Shown here piece by piece: positions 59,185-64,000 of a DNA stretch of 64,000 bases. The position numbers and the translations under genes are program-made. This stretch comes from an uncultured Acidobacteriaceae bacterium (lineage in GTDB: Bacteria; Acidobacteriota; Terriglobia; Terriglobales; Acidobacteriaceae). Location of the stretch: NCBI GenBank assembly GCA_963720075.1, contig CAVREG010000016.1:539471-603470 (forward strand). Reading direction: 5' to 3'. Under the pieces are notes generated by a model that made no database searches, was not told the DNA's origin, and worked only from the letters and a program-made list of their open reading frames with translations. Each line of letters begins with the position of its first letter. The stretch's first letter is position 1.

Positions 59185-59637
59185 GTGAATCGGCTTGCTA
59201 CGAAGTTTCTTGTAACTGCGCTGTTGACTATGGGGCTTTGCCTGCCTTCGAGTATTTTTGGGCAGGAACCAGGCGGAAACGTTAATTCAGGGAATGCAAC
59301 CCCGGCCTCTTCCGGATCGAATGTTAACTCTAACGGGTTGCCCGATAGCCCCGGCGCAGCTCAAAACGCTAATCAAGAAACGGCTCCTGCGACGATCCCC
59401 TCCCCCACGCCGGATAATGTGAAGCAAGAGCCCGGAGGTGCGGCTGCAGCGCCAGCGGCTGAGATCAGCGGGAGTGCGGTGTCCCGCCCGGCCGGTTCTG
59501 CGATTGCTCCCCCAAAACAACGCCAAGTCCGGTCGTTTTTGATCAAAATGGGACTGATCGCGGGCGCAGGCGTTGCGATCGGTACAGTGACTGCGTTGTC
59601 CTTGTCCAGTCCTGCGCGAGTTCCGGGCAGCCATTAG
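59185..59637 (+). CDS. Secreted low-complexity protein with C-terminal TM segment
   Basis: GTG start, signal peptide LVTALLTMGLCLPSSIFGQ, a long Pro/Ala/Ser/Asn/Gly-rich region, then the hydrophobic stretch MGLIAGAGVAIGTVTALSL. Confidence 0.55.
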   Translation: MNRLATKFLVTALLTMGLCLPSSIFGQEPGGNVNSGNATPASSGSNVNSNGLPDSPGAAQNANQETAPATIPSPTPDNVKQEPGGAAAAPAAEISGSAVSRPAGSAIAPPKQRQVRSFLIKMGLIAGAGVAIGTVTALSLSSPARVPGSH

Positions 59638-59673
59638 ACCGGGGATTCGTGCGAAGTCTCTTGCGAGTACATC

Positions 59674-60414
59674 ATGAATGAAGAAGCGAGTGCGGTCGGG
59701 CAAAGGGAGCACCACTGTAGCGAAGCTCTATTGATCAGTTTTTCCGGAATTGATGGCGCTGGTAAGAGCACGCAGATCGAAAAGCTTTGCGAGTACTTGT
59801 CGAGTAAGGGACTTCCGATTATTCGTCTGGCTTTTTGGGACGACGTTGTGGCTTTTCCAGGCTTGCGAGCCGGGTTCAGTCACAAGTACCTGCATAGCGA
59901 TGGCAATGTCGGCACACCGGAGAAGCCCGCAAATCGCAATGACAAGAACACTCAGAAGTGGTATTTGACGATTGCCCGTTCCATATTGTTCTTCACCGAC
60001 GCTATTAATTTGAGAAGAGTCGTGCGGAAGGCCAGATCGAAGCATTCTAGGGCTATTGTTTTTGACCGCTATATTTATGATCAGCTGGCGACATTGCCTC
60101 TTCATCGCGCAGTAGCCCGGGCATACGCGCGATTGCTGCTCAAGATCGCCCCCAAGCCCGACATCTCTTATCTGCTCGACGCCATCCCGGAAGCCGCGCG
60201 GGAGCGGAAGCCTGAATATCCTTTGGATTTCATGCACAAGTACAGGCGTTCTTACTTGCAATTGCGGGACATCGCTAATTTGACGCTAATCGGCGCGCTT
60301 GCGAAGGACGACGTTCACGTCGCGATAACCGAGGCGCTCGAGCGTTGCAGAGAGGTGCGGCAACCTTCGGAGCGCCATTTTGAAGTTTCTCAAGCAGCAA
60401 TGCATAGGGAATAG
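59674..60414 (+). CDS. Thymidylate-kinase-like P-loop protein
   Basis: ISFSGIDGAGKSTQIEKL (P-loop) and FDRYIYDQ (Tmk-like DRY region). It diverges from housekeeping Tmk. Confidence 0.65.
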   Translation: MNEEASAVGQREHHCSEALLISFSGIDGAGKSTQIEKLCEYLSSKGLPIIRLAFWDDVVAFPGLRAGFSHKYLHSDGNVGTPEKPANRNDKNTQKWYLTIARSILFFTDAINLRRVVRKARSKHSRAIVFDRYIYDQLATLPLHRAVARAYARLLLKIAPKPDISYLLDAIPEAARERKPEYPLDFMHKYRRSYLQLRDIANLTLIGALAKDDVHVAITEALERCREVRQPSERHFEVSQAAMHRE

Positions 60415-60444
60415 CGCTCGCTCACTGAGCGCGTTTCCATTTTT
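60414..60444 (+). terminator. Weak terminator-like hairpin
   Basis: gcgctc (60414-60419) / gagcgc (60427-60432), a 7-nt loop, and a T5 run at 60440-60444. Confidence 0.35.
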
Positions 60445-60548
60445 GTGCAACTTATTGCGCGAAAGGTATTTGGCTAAGGTTAAACCATTACCGTTAAACA
60501 ACATTTTCAGGATTTCGCTCATCGAATTAGCGCTAGAGGATTGATCGT

Positions 60549-61292
60549 ATGTCCGGACCCGTGTCGCCACTGAAACTCGCGGTAGTCATTCCCACTTTGA
60601 ACGAAGCTGGGAATATGCCTTCTTTGCTGACCCGCCTCAGGAGCGCGCTTGATCCGGCCAAGATTGAGTACGAACTCATCGTGGTGGATGACGACAGCAG
60701 CGACGGGACGGCAGATGTAGTTCGCAATATCGCGAAACAAGATCCGCGGGTAAGTGTTCTTGTGCGTAAGGGACAACGCGGACTCGCGGGGGCGGTGATT
60801 CATGGATGGGCGAACACAGATGCTTCTCTGCTGGGAGTGATTGACGCCGACCTGCAACATCCGCCAGAAGTTTTGCCGGAGCTACTCGACGCTGTGGTCA
60901 AAGGTAAAGACATTGCGATTGCCAGCCGCTATGCCACAAGCACGAAGGATAGCGTGCGCGAATGGAGCAAAGCCCGGCTCTTGATTTCTCGAGCAAGTAC
61001 CCTGGCCACGGCTCCATTGCAACGCAAGAACGTGCGCATAAAGGATCCTATGTCTGGATTCTTCGTAGTGCGGCGCGCCTGTATTGAAGGGATCAATCTT
61101 CAGCCTCAGGGTTTCAAAATCCTGTTGGAAATTCTGGTGAAGGGACGTATCCAAAGCACGGTTGAAGTGCCTTTCAATTTTGCCACACGGCATTCGGGAA
61201 AAAGTAAGGCAGACTTTAAGGTCGCCCTTCATTACTTCACCCTTCTAGGAAAATTGTCTCGTTATGCGATTTTCGGGTCTGGGCAGCGATGA
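60549..61292 (+). CDS. GT2 glycosyltransferase, polyprenol-phosphate hexose synthase (Dpm1-like)
   Basis: VVIPTLNEAGNM, LIVVDDDSSDGT, and DADLQHPPE. Confidence 0.85.
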   Translation: MSGPVSPLKLAVVIPTLNEAGNMPSLLTRLRSALDPAKIEYELIVVDDDSSDGTADVVRNIAKQDPRVSVLVRKGQRGLAGAVIHGWANTDASLLGVIDADLQHPPEVLPELLDAVVKGKDIAIASRYATSTKDSVREWSKARLLISRASTLATAPLQRKNVRIKDPMSGFFVVRRACIEGINLQPQGFKILLEILVKGRIQSTVEVPFNFATRHSGKSKADFKVALHYFTLLGKLSRYAIFGSGQR

Positions 61293-62683
61293 AAATCTGC
61301 CTTGTAACCGCGTTTCCGCCAAGCCGGGAAGCTCTGAACGAGTACGGCTTTCACATCGCAAGGGAATTATCGGAGACGCCGGGAATCGAGTTGACCATTC
61401 TGGCGGATGATTTCTCCCCTTCTCAGCCTGAGCTCGATGGATTTTCAGTCGTGCGCTGCTGGGCTTTCAACAGCCTGCAAAATCCTTCCCGCCTGATGCG
61501 TGCCATTCGCAAGCTTCAACCAGACTTCGTTTGGTTCAACCTGGGATTCGCGAGTTTTGGCGGCAAGCCTTTGCCTGCCTTCACCGGCATTATTATTCCC
61601 GCACTCGCGCGAATGAATGGCACCTATACCCATGTCACGCTTCATCAACTCATGGAAACGGTGGACTTGAAGGACGCCGGTGTACGCTTCCCTCTTCTAT
61701 ACCGTGCCGGTGGATTTCTGGCAACGCAAATGCTCTTGCTGGCCAATTCAGTTTCAGTAATGCTGCCAGCTTACCGGGAAATTCTTCGCGATAAATACGG
61801 GCGTGGGTCGGTGTACGTGAGAAGACATGGGATATTTTCGGCGCGTCCGGAATACCCTGATTTCTCGCGGCGTGGAAACCCCGAGCATCGCATTCTCGCG
61901 TTTGGCAAATGGGGCACGTATAAACGACTGGAATCAGTGATCGAGGCCTTCCATATCGTGGTCCGCCAATTTCCGCAAGCTCAACTCGTGATTGCGGGGG
62001 CAGACCATCCAAAGGCGCCAGGATACTTGAAGTCAATTGCGGAACAATGTTCAAGCGAGCCCAAAATCAAGGTTATCGGCTATGTGGCGGAGGACAAGAT
62101 CGCCGAGCTGTTTCAAACATCGAGCATGGCGGTAATGCCTTACAGTTCCTCAGCGGGATCCAGCGGCATTGCTCATCTCGCCTGCGCTTACGGAGTGCCG
62201 ATCGTCGCCTCTGACATTCCGGATTTTCATCAATTAGCGGACGAAGAGGGTCTAGCGATTGACTTTGTCGCGCCCGGAGACCCCCAGGCAATTGCCGATC
62301 ATATTGTCGCCCTACTTGAAAGCCCAGAGCGCCAGATGGAAATGGGCTTACAGAATGTATCCGCCGCGCTGCGCATGAGCATGCCTGAAATCATGCGCCA
62401 ATATTTGCGCGGGTTTCAATTGCAGCACGGTCTTGGGCAACTCACGACGGCGTCGAAATTGCGTCGGCTGCCTCGCTGGCTTCCTCTTCGCGATACCCTG
62501 GTTCGAATGGCCGGAAAAAGAGTGTTCACCAGGCCTCCTTCGCCTACGGTGACGGCTATCCCATCAAATGGCTTTTCGTTGACGGATCAACAGTTAGAAG
62601 CAACACCATCGCTTAACGCGGCGATTCTCGGAACGCAAGCTCGCGGAGAAGCGAGTCTCACCGAAGGAACGCAGCCATTATGA
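61289..62683 (+). CDS. GT4-family (GT-B) glycosyltransferase with C-terminal extension
   Basis: GYVAEDKIAELFQTSSMAVMPYSSSAGSSGIAHLACAYGVPIVASD is a GT4 C-terminal nucleotide-sugar-binding region. The start overlaps the GT2 stop (ATGA). Confidence 0.8.
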   Translation: MKICLVTAFPPSREALNEYGFHIARELSETPGIELTILADDFSPSQPELDGFSVVRCWAFNSLQNPSRLMRAIRKLQPDFVWFNLGFASFGGKPLPAFTGIIIPALARMNGTYTHVTLHQLMETVDLKDAGVRFPLLYRAGGFLATQMLLLANSVSVMLPAYREILRDKYGRGSVYVRRHGIFSARPEYPDFSRRGNPEHRILAFGKWGTYKRLESVIEAFHIVVRQFPQAQLVIAGADHPKAPGYLKSIAEQCSSEPKIKVIGYVAEDKIAELFQTSSMAVMPYSSSAGSSGIAHLACAYGVPIVASDIPDFHQLADEEGLAIDFVAPGDPQAIADHIVALLESPERQMEMGLQNVSAALRMSMPEIMRQYLRGFQLQHGLGQLTTASKLRRLPRWLPLRDTLVRMAGKRVFTRPPSPTVTAIPSNGFSLTDQQLEATPSLNAAILGTQARGEASLTEGTQPL

Positions 62684-63105
62684 ATTCGTAGAGAGCCGTG
62701 CCCGTCCGCCCACACAAAATATCCAGCCTAGGACTCATTAATTGAGCCAGAAGGTGACGGCTACCGCGAGGCCGGCGGCTGACATGAAAGGGTGGGCGCG
62801 ATAGTTGCACAATTACTTCGAACAAGTTCACATGGCTTTATGCCAATAGGATCTGCTTTGATGCCAACCCCCCTCTATTCTGGTAGCAACCTGGGACAAC
62901 GGGCCTGCCCCACAAGAAGTGGCGAAAACGAAATCGGCCGCCCTCCGTTCCGGCTAGCCCCGTATTCCACCAGAACAGTAGCACGAAGGGCGATACGAAC
63001 AGTGCCCTCAGGAGATGCCAGCCACTATCTCAACGAAAACTTTCATCTGGCTCCGGAGGTTTGTTGAGCTTTGCTCGGTTGCCTGGGGAAGGGCGACCAC
63101 ACAAC

Positions 63106-64000
<895 letters not shown>

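Noticed and set aside
62792-63067. 91-aa plus-strand ORF in the GT4/thiC spacer
   Set aside because: It has an alternative start, no SD, a composition and sequence with no recognisable fold or motif, and it runs toward the thiC 3' end.
62684-63105. Housekeeping RNA (RNase P, tmRNA, SRP/4.5S, 6S) or a TPP/cobalamin riboswitch in the spacer
   Set aside because: By eye I could not find the conserved blocks on either strand: GGAAAGUCCGG-type P4, the tmRNA 3' tRNA-like end, the SRP GGAAG/AGCAG loop, or a B12 box. The thiC 5' leader, where a TPP riboswitch would be, lies beyond the right edge of the window.

Overview
This 64-kb segment looks like the chromosome of a GC-rich soil bacterium, probably Acidobacteriota. 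That assignment is an inference from a ~1200-aa CarboxypepD_reg-type TonB receptor with no SusD partner, a TPR + CRTAC1 gene pair, and several palindromic intergenic repeat families. Most of the window is dense housekeeping: rnc, three tandem lepB genes, an AsmA-like gene, trpS, scpAB, rluB, glk, mutM, purA, ndk, sucCD, trpD, ispB-like, yajQ, rpiA, bcp, tRNA-Leu(CAA), pxpBCA and thiC. Glycan-utilisation genes are interspersed: GH92, a CE-type esterase, a GntR regulator with a TonB-dependent receptor, GH42 and GH31. The left edge carries the 3' part of an IS110-family element followed by a long structured non-coding tail. The least ordinary part is 49.4-62.7 kb. It holds two paralogous small CxxC...FWLCxxC proteins, a UdgX-type uracil-DNA glycosylase with the KRRIH motif, and a co-directional cluster. 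That cluster runs: orphan LuxR response regulator, ECF-type sigma factor, degenerate nucleotidyltransferase/LbH protein, STAS protein with no partner kinase, tail-anchored disordered protein, thymidylate-kinase-like P-loop protein, GT2 and GT4. At least seven frameshifts cluster in the convergent CRTAC1-like and pxpA genes (41.0-42.7 kb). No CRISPR array, rRNA or prophage was seen. All calls come from reading the ORF translations and the DNA by eye; no database search was run.
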